Notes: generated from the sequence alone by a model not told the origin. Numbered from the stretch's first letter, positions 42,694-55,061 are shown. The stretch: 64,000 bases of DNA from Thermodesulfobacteriota bacterium (GCA_040757175.1 JBFLXM010000032.1:7448-71447); one strand, 5' to 3'. Made by a program: numbers and translations.

Positions 42694-42927
42694 TCATCCC
42701 CATTCAGAGCGAATATTTTGCTGATATTCCAGGCTGTTTCCCCTTTTCCAGAGACCTCTGGTACTTTCCAACAATCGTTGATAGGTCTTTTGTCGTTGCT
42801 CTTCCTTCAAAAAATCAATCCCTTGACGGATAGCCGCAGCCACTGAAATCTTGTGAACTCTGCAATAGGCGTCAAGCCACTCTTTATCCGCTTCCGGGAT
42901 GGTGAAAGTAATCCGTTTAGCAGACAT
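42694..42927 (-). CDS. Ribbon-helix-helix (CopG-like) antitoxin, apparently orphan
   Basis: MSAKRITFTIPEADKEWLDAYCRVHKISVAAAIRQGI is a typical RHH N-terminus. No toxin ORF follows; REP hairpins and the RAYT gene come next. Confidence 0.65.
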   Translation of the reverse strand: MSAKRITFTIPEADKEWLDAYCRVHKISVAAAIRQGIDFLKEEQRQKTYQRLLESTRGLWKRGNSLEYQQNIRSEWG

Positions 42928-43055
42928 ACCCCAAAATCCTTTTTCTCACACTGATACAGAAAACATATAAGAAAAAAGGCAATTTGTAAAAATGAAAAGG
43001 CAAGCCCGGATTTCCAGGCTTGCCTTTTTGTTTTATCGGTTAAACGTCGGTTTGG

Positions 43056-43463
43056 TTACCGGCCGGCCACCTTGGCGCGGATCAGGGAGCGGCGCAGCGC
43101 GGCTTCGGCCCGGGCCCAGTCGACGTCTGCGGTCTTGCCCGCAGCCAGGCGCTTTTCCGCCCGCTCCCGGGCCCGTTTGGCCCGCTCCACGTCGATCATA
43201 TGGCCCAGTTCCGCGGATTCGGCGACAATGGTCACCTTGGCGCCGGTGACTTCGGCGAAGCCGCCCGAGACCGCCAGGTATTCCGTCTTGCCGCCGAGCT
43301 TATAGTACATCTCGCCGATGTCCAGGGCGCTCAGGAAGGGGATGTGGCCCACCAGGACGCCGAACTGGCCCTCCACGCCCGGGCACACCACCACATCCGC
43401 GTCGGTGGCAAGCACCTTGCGGTCGGGAGTCACCACCTCCAACAGGAGTTGTTTCTCTGCCAT
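43056..43463 (-). CDS. atpC: F1 ATP synthase epsilon subunit
   Basis: 135 aa, [24 protein letters not shown] pattern; last gene of the F1 cluster. Confidence 0.9.
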   Translation of the reverse strand: MAEKQLLLEVVTPDRKVLATDADVVVCPGVEGQFGVLVGHIPFLSALDIGEMYYKLGGKTEYLAVSGGFAEVTGAKVTIVAESAELGHMIDVERAKRARERAEKRLAAGKTADVDWARAEAALRRSLIRAKVAGR

Positions 43464-43481
43464 GGTTTTGGGCCTCCTGCC

Positions 43482-45790
<2,309 letters not shown>

Positions 45791-45805
45791 CTTTAGCCCC
45801 TGGTC

Positions 45806-47329
45806 TTACGATGCGCTGGTTTCAGGCTGGAAGACGGATTTGAACTCTTCCAGGGCAGCCTTCATTTGGGCATCGAGGTCCGGGGTAAACTCTTTGACAT
45901 CCTTGATGCTGGCCAGGATGTCGGCATATTTGGATTCCAGGAAGGAATAGAGCTGCTTTTCGTAAGATTGCAGCACGTCCACCGGATATGCGTCCAGGAA
46001 GCCCCGGGTGCCGGCGTAGAGGATGGCGATTTCCTTCTCCATGGGCAGCGGCTCATACTGGGGCTGCTTCAGGACTTCCACCAGCCGGATGCCCCGGTTG
46101 AGCTGCTGCTGGGTGGATTTGTCCAGCTCGGAGCCGAACTGGGCGAACGCGGCCAGTTCCCGGTACTGGGCCAGATCCAGGCGCAGCGACCCGGCTACCT
46201 GTTTCATGGCCTTCACCTGGGCGGCGCCGCCGACCCGGGATACGGAGAGACCCACGTTGATGGCGGGCCGGACGCCGGAGAAGAACAACCCCGGTTCCAG
46301 ATACACCTGGCCATCGGTGATGGAAATCACGTTAGTGGGAATGTAGGCGGACACGTCGCCCTGCTGGGTCTCGATGATGGGCAGAGCCGTCAGGGAGCCG
46401 CCTCCCAGGGCGTCGTTCAATTTCGCGGCCCGCTCCAGCAACCGGGAATGGTTGTAGAAAATGTCACCGGGATAGGCCTCACGACCTGGAGGACGGCGGA
46501 GCAGCAGGGAGATCTGCCGGTAGGCCTGGGCCTGCTTGGTGAGGTCGTCATAAATGATCAGGGCGTGGCGCCCGGTGTCCCGGTAGTATTCACCCATGGC
46601 GCAACCGGCGAACGCGGCTACGTACTGCAAGGGCGCGGGCTCGGAGGCCGAGGCGTTGACCACGATGGTGTGCTTCATGGCGCCGTGGCGCTCCAGGGCG
46701 TCCACCACCTGGGCCACGGTGGATTTTTTCTGGCCCACGGCCACATAAATGCAGAGAACGCCGGAGTCTTTCTGGTTGATGATGGCGTCCACGCAGAGCG
46801 CGGTCTTGCCGATTTGGCGGTCGCCGATGACCAGTTCCCGCTGGCCCCGGCCCACCGGGGTCATGGCGTCGATGGCCTTGTAGCCGGTGTACATGGGCTC
46901 ATTCACTGGCTGGCGTTCGATGACGCCGGGGGCCTTGACCTCGATGCGCCGGAATTCTTTGGCCTCGATGGGGCCCTTGCCGTCCAGGGGGGCGCCCACC
47001 GGGTCGACGACCCGGCCGAGGACCGCGTCCCCTACGGGCACCTGGGCGATACGGCCGGTGCGTTTGACGATGTCCCCTTCCTTGATGTGGGTATCTTCAC
47101 CCAGGATGGCGACACCAACGTTGTCTTCTTCCAGGTTGAGGGCGATGCCGAACATGCCTCCGGGGAATTCCAGAAGCTCCATGGCCATGCACTTTTCCAC
47201 GCCGTGGACCCGGGCGATGCCGTCACCCACGGACAGGACGGTGCCGGTTTCGGCTACCTCCACCTTTTTCTCATAATCCCGGATTTGGGAGCGAATAATT
47301 TGGCTGATTTCCTCGGCTCTGATTTCCAT
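45806..47329 (-). CDS. atpA: F1 ATP synthase alpha subunit
   Basis: Walker [10 protein letters not shown] and canonical alpha-subunit blocks. Confidence 0.98.
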   Translation of the reverse strand: MEIRAEEISQIIRSQIRDYEKKVEVAETGTVLSVGDGIARVHGVEKCMAMELLEFPGGMFGIALNLEEDNVGVAILGEDTHIKEGDIVKRTGRIAQVPVGDAVLGRVVDPVGAPLDGKGPIEAKEFRRIEVKAPGVIERQPVNEPMYTGYKAIDAMTPVGRGQRELVIGDRQIGKTALCVDAIINQKDSGVLCIYVAVGQKKSTVAQVVDALERHGAMKHTIVVNASASEPAPLQYVAAFAGCAMGEYYRDTGRHALIIYDDLTKQAQAYRQISLLLRRPPGREAYPGDIFYNHSRLLERAAKLNDALGGGSLTALPIIETQQGDVSAYIPTNVISITDGQVYLEPGLFFSGVRPAINVGLSVSRVGGAAQVKAMKQVAGSLRLDLAQYRELAAFAQFGSELDKSTQQQLNRGIRLVEVLKQPQYEPLPMEKEIAILYAGTRGFLDAYPVDVLQSYEKQLYSFLESKYADILASIKDVKEFTPDLDAQMKAALEEFKSVFQPETSAS

Positions 47330-47330
47330 T

Positions 47331-47882
47331 CTATAAGACCTCGCCTTTTATTAATGATTCCCTTAAGGAAAAGAGCTGCGTGCGCACGCTGCCGTCCAGC
47401 ACCAGGTCTCCCACCCGGGCCAGGACCCCGCCGATGATCCCGGGGTCTTCCTCCACTTCCATCACCACGGTGGTGCCGGTGAGTTTCTCCAGGGTCTGGC
47501 GCAACCGCTCCCGGGCGCCTTCATCCAGGGGGATGGCGGCCTTCACCTGGGCCCGGCTCACCTTCTCCAGTTCATCCGTCAGTTGCTGATAGGCCTGGGA
47601 GACTCCGGCCACGGCCCCCAACCGATGTTTGTCGAACAGCAGTTTCAGCAGATTGCCCAACAGGGGGGACATCTGTAAAAGTTTGATCATCTTGAGGAGG
47701 AGTTTCCGGCGGTCCTCCCGTCCATAAACAGGATTGAGCAGGGCGTCCTTGAGTTCCGGCTCCCGCTCCAGGAGAAGGGCGAAGCCTTGCAGCCCTTCCC
47801 CGTAGGCTTTGTAATTGCCGTCTTCCTTACCCAAGGTGAGCAAGGCCTTAGCATAGCGTCGGGGTACGGTCATGTCGATCAA
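47331..47882 (-). CDS. atpH: F1 ATP synthase delta (OSCP) subunit
   Basis: 183 aa, RYAKALL N-terminus and position between atpF and atpA. Confidence 0.85.
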   Translation of the reverse strand: MIDMTVPRRYAKALLTLGKEDGNYKAYGEGLQGFALLLEREPELKDALLNPVYGREDRRKLLLKMIKLLQMSPLLGNLLKLLFDKHRLGAVAGVSQAYQQLTDELEKVSRAQVKAAIPLDEGARERLRQTLEKLTGTTVVMEVEEDPGIIGGVLARVGDLVLDGSVRTQLFSLRESLIKGEVL

Positions 47883-48469
47883 TGGGCTTCCACCACCTTC
47901 TGTAAATATTCCTCCACCAACTGCAACTGGTCGGCGTAGGTGACTTTCTCTTTAAGGAGATCTTCGGCCAATTTTGTGGAGAGGTCGGCGATTTCCTTTT
48001 TCAGATCCTGGGTCGCCTTCTTGGTCTCCTGCTCAATGGTCATGGCCGCCATCTCTTTGATGCGGGCCGCCACCATTTCCGCCTTCTCCACGATCTTGGC
48101 CTTCTCCAGTTCGCCTTCGGAGATGTATTGCCGGATAATCCTCTCCCGCTCCCCGGCAACCTGGGCCAGCTTGGCTTCCGCTTCCGCCAGGGCCTGGGCC
48201 GCGGCCGCTTTCTGGGCCTCCAGCTCCTCCAGCGATTGGGCGATATCCTGGGAACGTTTGGCGAAGAAGTTCTTGGCGGGTTTGGCCACCAGTTTGATGA
48301 GGATGCCGGCAAAGACCAGGAAGTTTACCGTCCGCAGAATAAGGTCCGTAACTTTGGCCGGATCAATGGCTCCGTGAGCGGCCTCGCTGGCTCCCGCCAC
48401 CCCGGCCAGGAGCAGCGCCGGGCCGAGCAGCAGTGACCCCAATCCCGCAATTCGTTTTGCCAGGTTCAT
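47879..48469 (-). CDS. atpF: Fo ATP synthase b subunit
   Basis: Single N-terminal TM followed by a long charged coiled coil. Overlaps neighbouring genes by 4 nt. Confidence 0.8.
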   Translation of the reverse strand: MNLAKRIAGLGSLLLGPALLLAGVAGASEAAHGAIDPAKVTDLILRTVNFLVFAGILIKLVAKPAKNFFAKRSQDIAQSLEELEAQKAAAAQALAEAEAKLAQVAGERERIIRQYISEGELEKAKIVEKAEMVAARIKEMAAMTIEQETKKATQDLKKEIADLSTKLAEDLLKEKVTYADQLQLVEEYLQKVVEAH

Positions 48470-48894
48470 GAGAGCTCCCTCCCCAAAATCTTGGCGGCCA
48501 TCACCTGGGCAAAGGATTGGGCCTGAGTTTTTAAGGATTTCCTGGCCTTATCAATGTCTCCCTTGATCTTCTTCTCCACCCGGGTCCATTCCGCGTCCAC
48601 TTCCTGCTTCACCTTCTCCAGCAGAGAAGCTTCAGCCTGGGCCCCCTCCTGGCGCAGGCCCTCCTTCTGGCCTAAACCCTCGCGTCGGGCCGCGGCCAGG
48701 TTTTCCTGGATCTCGCCGGCAATACCTTGACCCTGCGCGGCGAGTTGGGCCACTGCGGTTTCATACGCCTGCAACCGGGCCTGACGTTCTTTGAGGCTTT
48801 TACGGATGGGCCTGAACAGGACCAGGTTCAGAAGATAGACCAAAACCAAGAAATTGATGATTTGTGCGCCTAAAGTCCAGTCAAGATCAATCAT
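48466..48894 (-). CDS. Fo ATP synthase b' subunit
   Basis: A second b-like protein (N-terminal TM plus coiled coil) directly upstream of atpF. Genes for the a and c subunits are not in this cluster. Confidence 0.75.
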   Translation of the reverse strand: MIDLDWTLGAQIINFLVLVYLLNLVLFRPIRKSLKERQARLQAYETAVAQLAAQGQGIAGEIQENLAAARREGLGQKEGLRQEGAQAEASLLEKVKQEVDAEWTRVEKKIKGDIDKARKSLKTQAQSFAQVMAAKILGRELS

Positions 48895-49033
48895 CCTGGG
48901 CTGCCACCTTGTTATTTATTATTATTTCAAAGCCTTTGCGGATTTAGCGGAAGCAGAATACATGTGTAACTTTTCACGAATTCAACTTTTAACCTATTTT
49001 CACCCCACTGTCAAAAATTTTTTTCAAAAAAAA

Positions 49034-50140
49034 TTATCCCCCGAAAAGGAAGCGGCGCATACGGATATTCAAGAGAAATCCCACCCCCAGAAAGGTGGTG
49101 ATCAGGGAGGAACCGCCGTAACTGAAAAAGGGCAGGGGAATGCCCACCACCGGCAGCAAGCCGGTGACCATCCCCAGGTTAATGAAAAACTGCCAGAAGA
49201 GCAGGGAGGACACCCCCAGGGCCAGGAGATGGCCGAAATTTTCCTTGCAATCCCGGGCGATCTGCAGGCCCCAGAGAGTCAGTCCGGTGAACAGGAGGAG
49301 CAGGAGCACCGAGCCGATAAAGCCCCACTCCTCGGCAAAGACCGAGAACACGAAATCCGTGTGCTGTTCCGGGAGAAACTGAAGCTGGCTCTGGGTGCCA
49401 TGGAGGAATCCCTTGCCCCAGAACTGGCCGGAGCCCACCGCGATCTTGGACTGAATGATGTGGTAGCCCGCGCCCAGGGGGTCATGCTCGGGATTGAGAA
49501 AAGTCAGCACCCGTTGGCGTTGGTAGTCTTTCAAGAAATGCCAAATCACCGGGGAGAGCAACACCAGGGACAGGGTGCCCCCCAACAGGGTGCGCCAGTT
49601 GACGCCCACAAAAAGAATCATGGACATGGCCGTCAGCAGGACCAGGAGGCCGGAGCCCAAATCCGGCTGCTTGACGATCATTAGGACGGGAATCATCACC
49701 AGGCTCACCGGGACCAGAAGGTCCCTGAAGCCCAGCGGCGAAGTAGGCAGACCCCGATGGAAATAGCGGGCCATCACCAGGACGATGGAAATTTTGGCCA
49801 GCTCCGCGGGCTGGAAAGAAAGGGGGCCCAGGGGCAGCCAGCGCCTGGAGCCGGAGACCATCTTCCCCCCGAACATTACCGCCAGCAACAATATCACGGT
49901 CAGGATGTATAAGGGGTAGGCCAGCTTCTCCAGATGGCGATAATCATAAAGCAGGGTCAGGCACATGAGGGTCATCCCCACCGCCAGCCAATAGATCTGC
50001 TTGAGATAAACAGGGGTGCTGCCCGGAGGGGTGCGGTTGAACCCGGCGCTGTAGAGATTGATGATGCCCATGGCGGCGATAATCGCCACCAGGACCAGGA
50101 GGAGCCAATCAAAGTTTTGGAGCAATCTGCGGTCGAACAT
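49034..50140 (-). CDS. rodA: SEDS-family peptidoglycan polymerase (RodA/FtsW)
   Basis: 368-aa polytopic protein with SEDS blocks (QPAELAKI, EQHTDFVFSVFAEEWGF, PLPFFSYGGSS). Confidence 0.85.
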   Translation of the reverse strand: MFDRRLLQNFDWLLLVLVAIIAAMGIINLYSAGFNRTPPGSTPVYLKQIYWLAVGMTLMCLTLLYDYRHLEKLAYPLYILTVILLLAVMFGGKMVSGSRRWLPLGPLSFQPAELAKISIVLVMARYFHRGLPTSPLGFRDLLVPVSLVMIPVLMIVKQPDLGSGLLVLLTAMSMILFVGVNWRTLLGGTLSLVLLSPVIWHFLKDYQRQRVLTFLNPEHDPLGAGYHIIQSKIAVGSGQFWGKGFLHGTQSQLQFLPEQHTDFVFSVFAEEWGFIGSVLLLLLFTGLTLWGLQIARDCKENFGHLLALGVSSLLFWQFFINLGMVTGLLPVVGIPLPFFSYGGSSLITTFLGVGFLLNIRMRRFLFGG

Positions 50141-50821
50141 TTAAAGAACGTTTTCCGTTTTGCGTTTTCCGTTTTCCGTTAAGTATATCGTAACGAAATA
50201 GTCCCGGGCAAGGCGCTGGAGCTCCCAGCGGGCCCCGGTCCGGGAAAATATTTTTCTCAGGTCGGATTCGGAGTACAAGAACAGCTCGCAGCGCCGCTGA
50301 TAGCGCAGCCGCCGCTGCCAGGCCAGGAAGCCCCCGGCCGCGGGGAAGCTGAAGAAGGCCTTCTCCCGGGTGGCCTGGAGCACCTTGGCAATCACCGCCC
50401 CGGGCTCCCGCACGTAGTCCATGAAGCCCATGATGACAGCAAAATCAAAGGTTTCCGCAAGGGGATAGGTCAAAAAATCCGCGAGTTCAAAGCGGCAGCG
50501 GTCGGCCACCCCTGAGAGCTCCGCCCGGGCCCGGGCCAACTCCAGCATCCCCGGGGCAAAGTCCAGGCCCAGAACGAAGCCCGCGCCCCTCTGGGCCAGG
50601 GCCACGGCGTAGTGCCCGGGGCCGCAGCCCACGTCCAGCACCTTTTTCCCGGCGATGGGCGTGCAACCTGCCAGGGTCGCCTCATACCGCAGTTTCATGC
50701 TGCGGCGCCATAAGGTATTGATGAGCCGGTTCAGCCAGGTGTTCCGGGTCCCATAGATGGCGTCGAAGTCCCGAGCATAAGACTCAAAAAACTCCGAGGT
50801 GCGGTCTGCGGCTGCCGGCAT
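50141..50821 (-). CDS. Class I SAM-dependent methyltransferase
   Basis: Motif I VLDVGCGPGHYA. The last 14 codons (YLTENGKRKTENVL) are encoded by the heptamer array at 50149-50180. Confidence 0.75.
   Translation of the reverse strand: MPAAADRTSEFFESYARDFDAIYGTRNTWLNRLINTLWRRSMKLRYEATLAGCTPIAGKKVLDVGCGPGHYAVALAQRGAGFVLGLDFAPGMLELARARAELSGVADRCRFELADFLTYPLAETFDFAVIMGFMDYVREPGAVIAKVLQATREKAFFSFPAAGGFLAWQRRLRYQRRCELFLYSESDLRKIFSRTGARWELQRLARDYFVTIYLTENGKRKTENVL
50149..50180. repeat. Heptamer tandem array (CGTTTTC type)
   Basis: cgttttccgttttgcgttttccgttttccgtt. It overlaps the 3' end of the methyltransferase ORF and ends 9 nt from the rodA start. Confidence 0.9.
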
Positions 50822-50829
50822 GGGTAATA

Positions 50830-50848
50830 CCGTTTTTCGTTTTTCGTT
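50830..50848. repeat. Heptamer tandem array (CGTTTTT type, short)
   Basis: ccgtttttcgtttttcgtt, 9 nt upstream of the methyltransferase start. Confidence 0.8.
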
Positions 50849-50909
50849 AAAAAATATCTTATCAATAAGTTACATTACAAGCTTGTTTGTTTTAGACGTG
50901 AATTTGGCA

Positions 50910-51755
50910 TTAATCCTCTATCGAGTTCCCGAAGTCCGCCAGGAAACGGGCAAAGCTGGTAATGGGAAAATCTTTGAGAATCCGGCGGATTTTCCCCTCC
51001 ATGCTCTTGAGCCCCACGTAAGATTTGAACCGCCGCCTGAAATTCATGGGCAGGCGGGGATGGTCCGGGTCAATTTCCCGGGGATGGGCGTAAAAGACCG
51101 CGGGCCGGCCTTCTTGCAGCACCCGCCGGGTCATCAGCCGCACCAGGACATAAGGAAAGAGGCGGAGATAGCCGCCGCCGAAAAGACATATGGGCCTGCC
51201 GCCAACCGCCGTCACGGTGATGGGAAACTCCACCAGGGGTCCGGAGGGGGTCCTGATCCGATAAGGGCCATAGCGGTTCTGCCGCAGGCCCCCGTGCCCC
51301 CGGGCCGCGGGAAAAACGGAGGAATCGTACCCATAACCGGCCTTTACCAGCTCCTCAAAAAACCAGGGGGTGTCCTGGGTGACGGAGAACCCCGCGCCGC
51401 GATAGCCCCGGACCGGCAGGCCGCTGATATCCTCCAACAGCAGCCGGGCCCGGCGGGCGTCTTCATAAAACTCAGCCGGGCTCTGGTCATAAACCAGCCG
51501 GTGCCCGTAACCATGGGAGGCCACTTCGTGGCCCTGGGCCGCGGCTTCCCGCACCAGATGGGGAAAACGTTCCGCCACCCAGCCCAGGAAAAAGCAGGTA
51601 ACCCCCACCCCTGCCGCCGCCAACAGGTCCAGGAACCGCCGGAAGTTGGCCTCCACCCGGCTGGGGAGCCGGTCCCAATCGTCTAAGGCCGGTGCCCCAA
51701 CGTCCAGGATGTGAAACCAGTCCTCCACGTCCACGGTGAAGATAACGGGGATCAT
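50910..51755 (-). CDS. Polysaccharide deacetylase family protein
   Basis: IFTVDVEDWFH N-terminal block and NodB-like HGYGH histidines. Confidence 0.8.
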   Translation of the reverse strand: MIPVIFTVDVEDWFHILDVGAPALDDWDRLPSRVEANFRRFLDLLAAAGVGVTCFFLGWVAERFPHLVREAAAQGHEVASHGYGHRLVYDQSPAEFYEDARRARLLLEDISGLPVRGYRGAGFSVTQDTPWFFEELVKAGYGYDSSVFPAARGHGGLRQNRYGPYRIRTPSGPLVEFPITVTAVGGRPICLFGGGYLRLFPYVLVRLMTRRVLQEGRPAVFYAHPREIDPDHPRLPMNFRRRFKSYVGLKSMEGKIRRILKDFPITSFARFLADFGNSIED

Positions 51756-51760
51756 GAATA

Positions 51761-51784
51761 GGGGTCAGGGGTCAGGGGCCAGGG
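51761..51784. repeat. Heptamer tandem array (GGGGTCA type)
   Basis: ggggtcaggggtcaggggccaggg. It starts 6 nt upstream of the deacetylase ATG and lies downstream of the MNT gene. Confidence 0.88.
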
Positions 51785-51820
51785 AGGTCCCGATACGGAT
51801 GAGACCCGAAGCCTATACTT

Positions 51821-52141
51821 TCAGTTTTCGGCATACTGCACTACTGCCTCTTGCAAAACTTTATCTCGAAAATAACGGCTCAAACATTGAGGGGTGTTGA
51901 GATCTACTTTTCTGCCAAGAATTGCCGATAACTCATCTTCCATGGTGAAAAATGATAAGCCGGGGATATGATCGGGGTCGAATTCCACCAGCACGTCGAT
52001 ATCGCTATCTGCACGGAAATCCGGGCGCAGGACAGACCCAAAGACCGCCAATTTCTTGATATGATACCTCCGGCAAAATTCGGCAATCTTTTCTTCGGGA
52101 AAGGGAACCTGAAGCTTCGATTTCTCGCTGGTCTGTTTCAT
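51821..52141 (-). CDS. Minimal nucleotidyltransferase (MNT-type, HEPN/MNT TA-like), no partner seen
   Basis: GS..DxD motif ([24 protein letters not shown]). No DUF86/HEPN ORF is adjacent. Confidence 0.8.
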   Translation of the reverse strand: MKQTSEKSKLQVPFPEEKIAEFCRRYHIKKLAVFGSVLRPDFRADSDIDVLVEFDPDHIPGLSFFTMEDELSAILGRKVDLNTPQCLSRYFRDKVLQEAVVQYAEN

Positions 52142-52158
52142 AATTAAGCGGTTTTTTA

Positions 52159-52201
52159 CTGACCCCTGATCCCTGACCCCTGACCCCTGGCCCCTGACCC
52201 C
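52159..52201. repeat. Heptamer tandem array (CTGACCC type, 6 units), inverted relative to 51761-51784
   Basis: ctgacccctgatccctgacccctgacccctggcccctgacccc, between the recR stop and the MNT start. Confidence 0.9.
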
Positions 52202-52205
52202 TTCT

Positions 52206-52814
52206 CTACGCCTCCACCCGATGGCTCAACGCCTCTTTCAAGGTCTGCTGGTCGGTGTATTTGATGTCTCCCCCCATGGGCAGGCCGTAGGCGATGCGGC
52301 TCACCTTCACGCCCAGGGGCTTCAACTCCTGGCCCAGGTACGTGGTAGTGGCTTCCCCTTCCAGGCTGGGGTTGAGGGCCAGGATCACCTCCTGGATGCC
52401 CTCCGACCGGACCCGCTCCAGGAGTTCCCGGAGGCGCAGATCATCCGGCCCCACCCCTTCCAGGGGAGAAAGCAGGCCCCCCAGGACATGGTACTGGCCC
52501 CGAAACCACCCCACCTTCTCCAGGGCCAGCAGATCCCCGGGGTCCGCCACCACCAGGAGTTGGCCGGTGCGCCGCTCCGGATCGGCGCACAAGGGGCAGA
52601 GGTCCGCGTCCGCAAACGCGAAGCAGCGGCGGCAGAGGCGGATTTTTTCTTTTAATTCCAGCAACGCCTGGGACAGTTCTCCCACTTCCCCCCGGGGGGC
52701 CCGGAGCAGGTACATGGCCATCCGGGCCGCGGTCTTTTCGCCGATTCCCGGCCATTTGCTCAAAGCAGCGATGACGCGTCGCAACGCCGCGGGATATGCG
52801 CCTTTGGACATCAA
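52206..52814 (-). CDS. recR: Recombination protein RecR
   Basis: HhH ([16 protein letters not shown]), Cys4 zinc finger ([16 protein letters not shown]) and Toprim domain. Confidence 0.95.
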   Translation of the reverse strand: MMSKGAYPAALRRVIAALSKWPGIGEKTAARMAMYLLRAPRGEVGELSQALLELKEKIRLCRRCFAFADADLCPLCADPERRTGQLLVVADPGDLLALEKVGWFRGQYHVLGGLLSPLEGVGPDDLRLRELLERVRSEGIQEVILALNPSLEGEATTTYLGQELKPLGVKVSRIAYGLPMGGDIKYTDQQTLKEALSHRVEA

Positions 52815-52880
52815 TTTTCCTTAATTTATTTTAAGTTAAAGGGGTAATCGAAATCGGGGTCAATAGAATCCCAAGGAATT

Positions 52881-52934
52881 GGTGGGCAGTGCCCACCCTA
52901 CATTTCTGACCCCTGATCCCTGGCCCCTGCCCCC
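52881..52934. repeat. REP hairpin followed by a TGACCCC-type heptamer array
   Basis: ggtgggcagtgcccaccctacat followed by ctgacccctgatccctggcccctgccccc, between ybaB and recR. Confidence 0.85.
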
Positions 52935-52938
52935 TACG

Positions 52939-53250
52939 TTAAAACATTCCCGGTATCTGCAAGCCGCCGGTCAGCTTCGCCATTTCCTGGGCCATCATTT
53001 CCCGGGCCCGGTTCAGGGCTTCGTTGACCGCGGCCAGGATCAGGTCCTGGAGCATGTCCACGTCTTCGGGATTGGCCACTTCCGGGTCGATGCGCAGGCT
53101 CACCAGTTCCAGGCGGCCGTTGACCACGGCTTCCACCATGCCGCCGCCGGCTTGGGCGCTCACCGTGCGGTTGCCCACCTCCGCCTGCATTTCCGCCATC
53201 TTGGATTGCAGTTTCTGGGCCTGTTTCATCAGGCCCGCCAGGTTCTTCAC
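52939..53250 (-). CDS. ybaB: Nucleoid-associated protein YbaB/EbfC
   Basis: ..NLAGLMKQAQKLQSKMAEMQ.. and C-terminal GGLQIPGMF. The GTG at 53250 overlaps the dnaX stop (GTGA). Confidence 0.85.
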   Translation of the reverse strand: MKNLAGLMKQAQKLQSKMAEMQAEVGNRTVSAQAGGGMVEAVVNGRLELVSLRIDPEVANPEDVDMLQDLILAAVNEALNRAREMMAQEMAKLTGGLQIPGMF

Positions 53251-54905
53251 TGGGGTTCCTCCTTCCCGCCAGGGCCGGCCCATTGTCCCCCGAAAATCTC
53301 TAAAGCCTGCTGCTTGAGGGTTTCCAGGTCCACCGGCTTTTTGGCGGCAGCCGGGGCTTTCCCGGCCTTCTTGGCCTCCTGGGCCTTGACTTCCAGGGAA
53401 TACTCAGGGCCGAAAAAGGCCCGGGCCAGTTCCTGCAAGCGGGCCTCGTGGCGCGGCCCCGCGGCGTTCCAGGAACGCCCCGCCTCCACCTGCAGGCGAT
53501 GGTCGGCCATGCCCAACAGGCGGCACTTGGAAATCTTGCCGTAGAGGGGGCCGTCGCCGTGCTCCTGGACATAGTTTAAGAATTGCTGCCACCTGGCTTC
53601 CAGATCCCCTTCAGCCCCGGAGACCGGCGGGGTGGGGGGCGAAGATGCGGGGACGTCTGGGTGGGGTGCCGGGGGATCGGGCGCCGGGGAGGCCGCGGCT
53701 GCGGTTACCGGCGCCACGGCTGCCTCAGGGGCCGGGGCCACCTTTCGTCGGGCCCCGGGACCCAGGCGCTTTTCCAGGTCCTCCAGGCGGGCCAGCCAGA
53801 CGCTCACCGGCTGCAGCGGCTCCAGGTGGATCAGACGGAGGAGGAGCACCTCCAGGGCCAGCCGGGGCTGGGGAGCCCGCTTCAGCTCCTCTTCCCCCTG
53901 GAGCAGCACGCTGAGCAGGTTCTGGAGATGGACCGGGGGAGTCTGGCTGGCAAGTTGGGCGATCTCTTCAAACTCCTGGTCGGCCACGGCCACCAGGTGC
54001 CGGGCCTCGGGGTGCAGCCCGGCCAGGAGCAGGTGCCGGGCGTATAAAGTCAAATCCTGGTAAAAGCGCTGCAAATCGTGGCCCTGGTTATAAAGGTCGT
54101 CGATCAACTCCAGGAGCGCCGGTCCCTCGCGCTGGATAATAGCCTGCAAAGCCTTGAGAAGGGACCCCCGCTCCGTGACCCCCAGGATGCGGGCGATTTC
54201 CCCGGCCGTGATCTTCTCGCCCCCAAAAGTCACCACCTGGTCCAGGAACCCCTGGGCGTCCCGGAGGCCCCCTTCTGCCTCCCGGGCGATCAGGGCCAGG
54301 CCCTCGGGGTCGATCTGCCAGCCTTCCTGGCGGGCCAGCTTCTCCAACTGCCCCTGGATCAGGGCCGTGGGAATGCGCCGGAAATCGTAGCGCTGGCAGC
54401 GGGAGAGGATGGTGGCCGGCACCTTGTGGGGCTCGGTGGTGGCCAGGACAAAGACCGCGTGGGCCGGGGGCTCTTCCAGGGTCTTCAACAGGGCGTTGAA
54501 GGCCTCCTTGGTGAGCATGTGCACTTCGTCGATGATATAGACCTTGTATTGGCCGTGGGTGGGGAGATACTTGATCTTCTCCCGGAGGTCCCGGACCTCG
54601 TCGATGCCCCGGTTGGAGGCGCCGTCGATTTCCAGGACGTCCAGGGAGGAGCCGCCGGTGATCTCCCGGCAGGCCTGGCACTGGTTGCAGGGGTGGGGGG
54701 TGGGCCCTTCCTGGCAGTTCAGGGCCTTGGCCAGGATGCGGGCCACCGAGGTCTTGCCCACGCCCCGGGGGCCGCTGAACAAAAAGGCATGGGCGATGCG
54801 GCCCTGGGTGATGGCGTTTTGCAGGGTGCGGGTGATGGGCTCCTGGCCCACCACTTCCTCAAAGTTTTGGGGACGCCATTTCCGGGCCAGGACTTGGTAG
54901 GTCAT
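53247..54905 (-). CDS. dnaX: DNA polymerase III gamma/tau subunit
   Basis: MTYQVLARKWRPQNFEEVVGQE.., Walker A GPRGVGKTS, zinc module CNQCQAC, DEVHML. Confidence 0.95.
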   Translation of the reverse strand: MTYQVLARKWRPQNFEEVVGQEPITRTLQNAITQGRIAHAFLFSGPRGVGKTSVARILAKALNCQEGPTPHPCNQCQACREITGGSSLDVLEIDGASNRGIDEVRDLREKIKYLPTHGQYKVYIIDEVHMLTKEAFNALLKTLEEPPAHAVFVLATTEPHKVPATILSRCQRYDFRRIPTALIQGQLEKLARQEGWQIDPEGLALIAREAEGGLRDAQGFLDQVVTFGGEKITAGEIARILGVTERGSLLKALQAIIQREGPALLELIDDLYNQGHDLQRFYQDLTLYARHLLLAGLHPEARHLVAVADQEFEEIAQLASQTPPVHLQNLLSVLLQGEEELKRAPQPRLALEVLLLRLIHLEPLQPVSVWLARLEDLEKRLGPGARRKVAPAPEAAVAPVTAAAASPAPDPPAPHPDVPASSPPTPPVSGAEGDLEARWQQFLNYVQEHGDGPLYGKISKCRLLGMADHRLQVEAGRSWNAAGPRHEARLQELARAFFGPEYSLEVKAQEAKKAGKAPAAAKKPVDLETLKQQALEIFGGQWAGPGGKEEPQ

Positions 54906-54913
54906 GAAAGGAT

Positions 54914-55051
54914 CGTTTTTCGTATTCCGTTTTTCGTTTTGCGTATTAAAACAATAACATATCTTGAGCGAAATTTGTTGGATCTTCTTCGAAATATCTC
55001 AAGCGGGCAAAAGTGATTTTTTACGAAAAACGCAAAACGAAAAACGCAAAA
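54914..55051. repeat. Inverted pair of heptamer arrays (CGTTTTT-type arm / ACGAAAA-type arm) around a roughly 75-nt centre
   Basis: cgtttttcgtattccgtttttcgttttgcgtatt .. acgaaaaacgcaaaacgaaaaacgcaaaacc, between the dnaX start and the tRNA-Ser 3' end. Confidence 0.88.
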
Positions 55052-55061
55052 CCGCCTTTAG

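Noticed and set aside
53247-54905. Programmed -1 frameshift site in dnaX (A AAA AAG type)
   Set aside because: I found no A-AAA-AAG heptamer in the coding frame. The closest is GCC AAA AAG CCG, which lacks the slippery context, so no gamma-specific frameshift is claimed.
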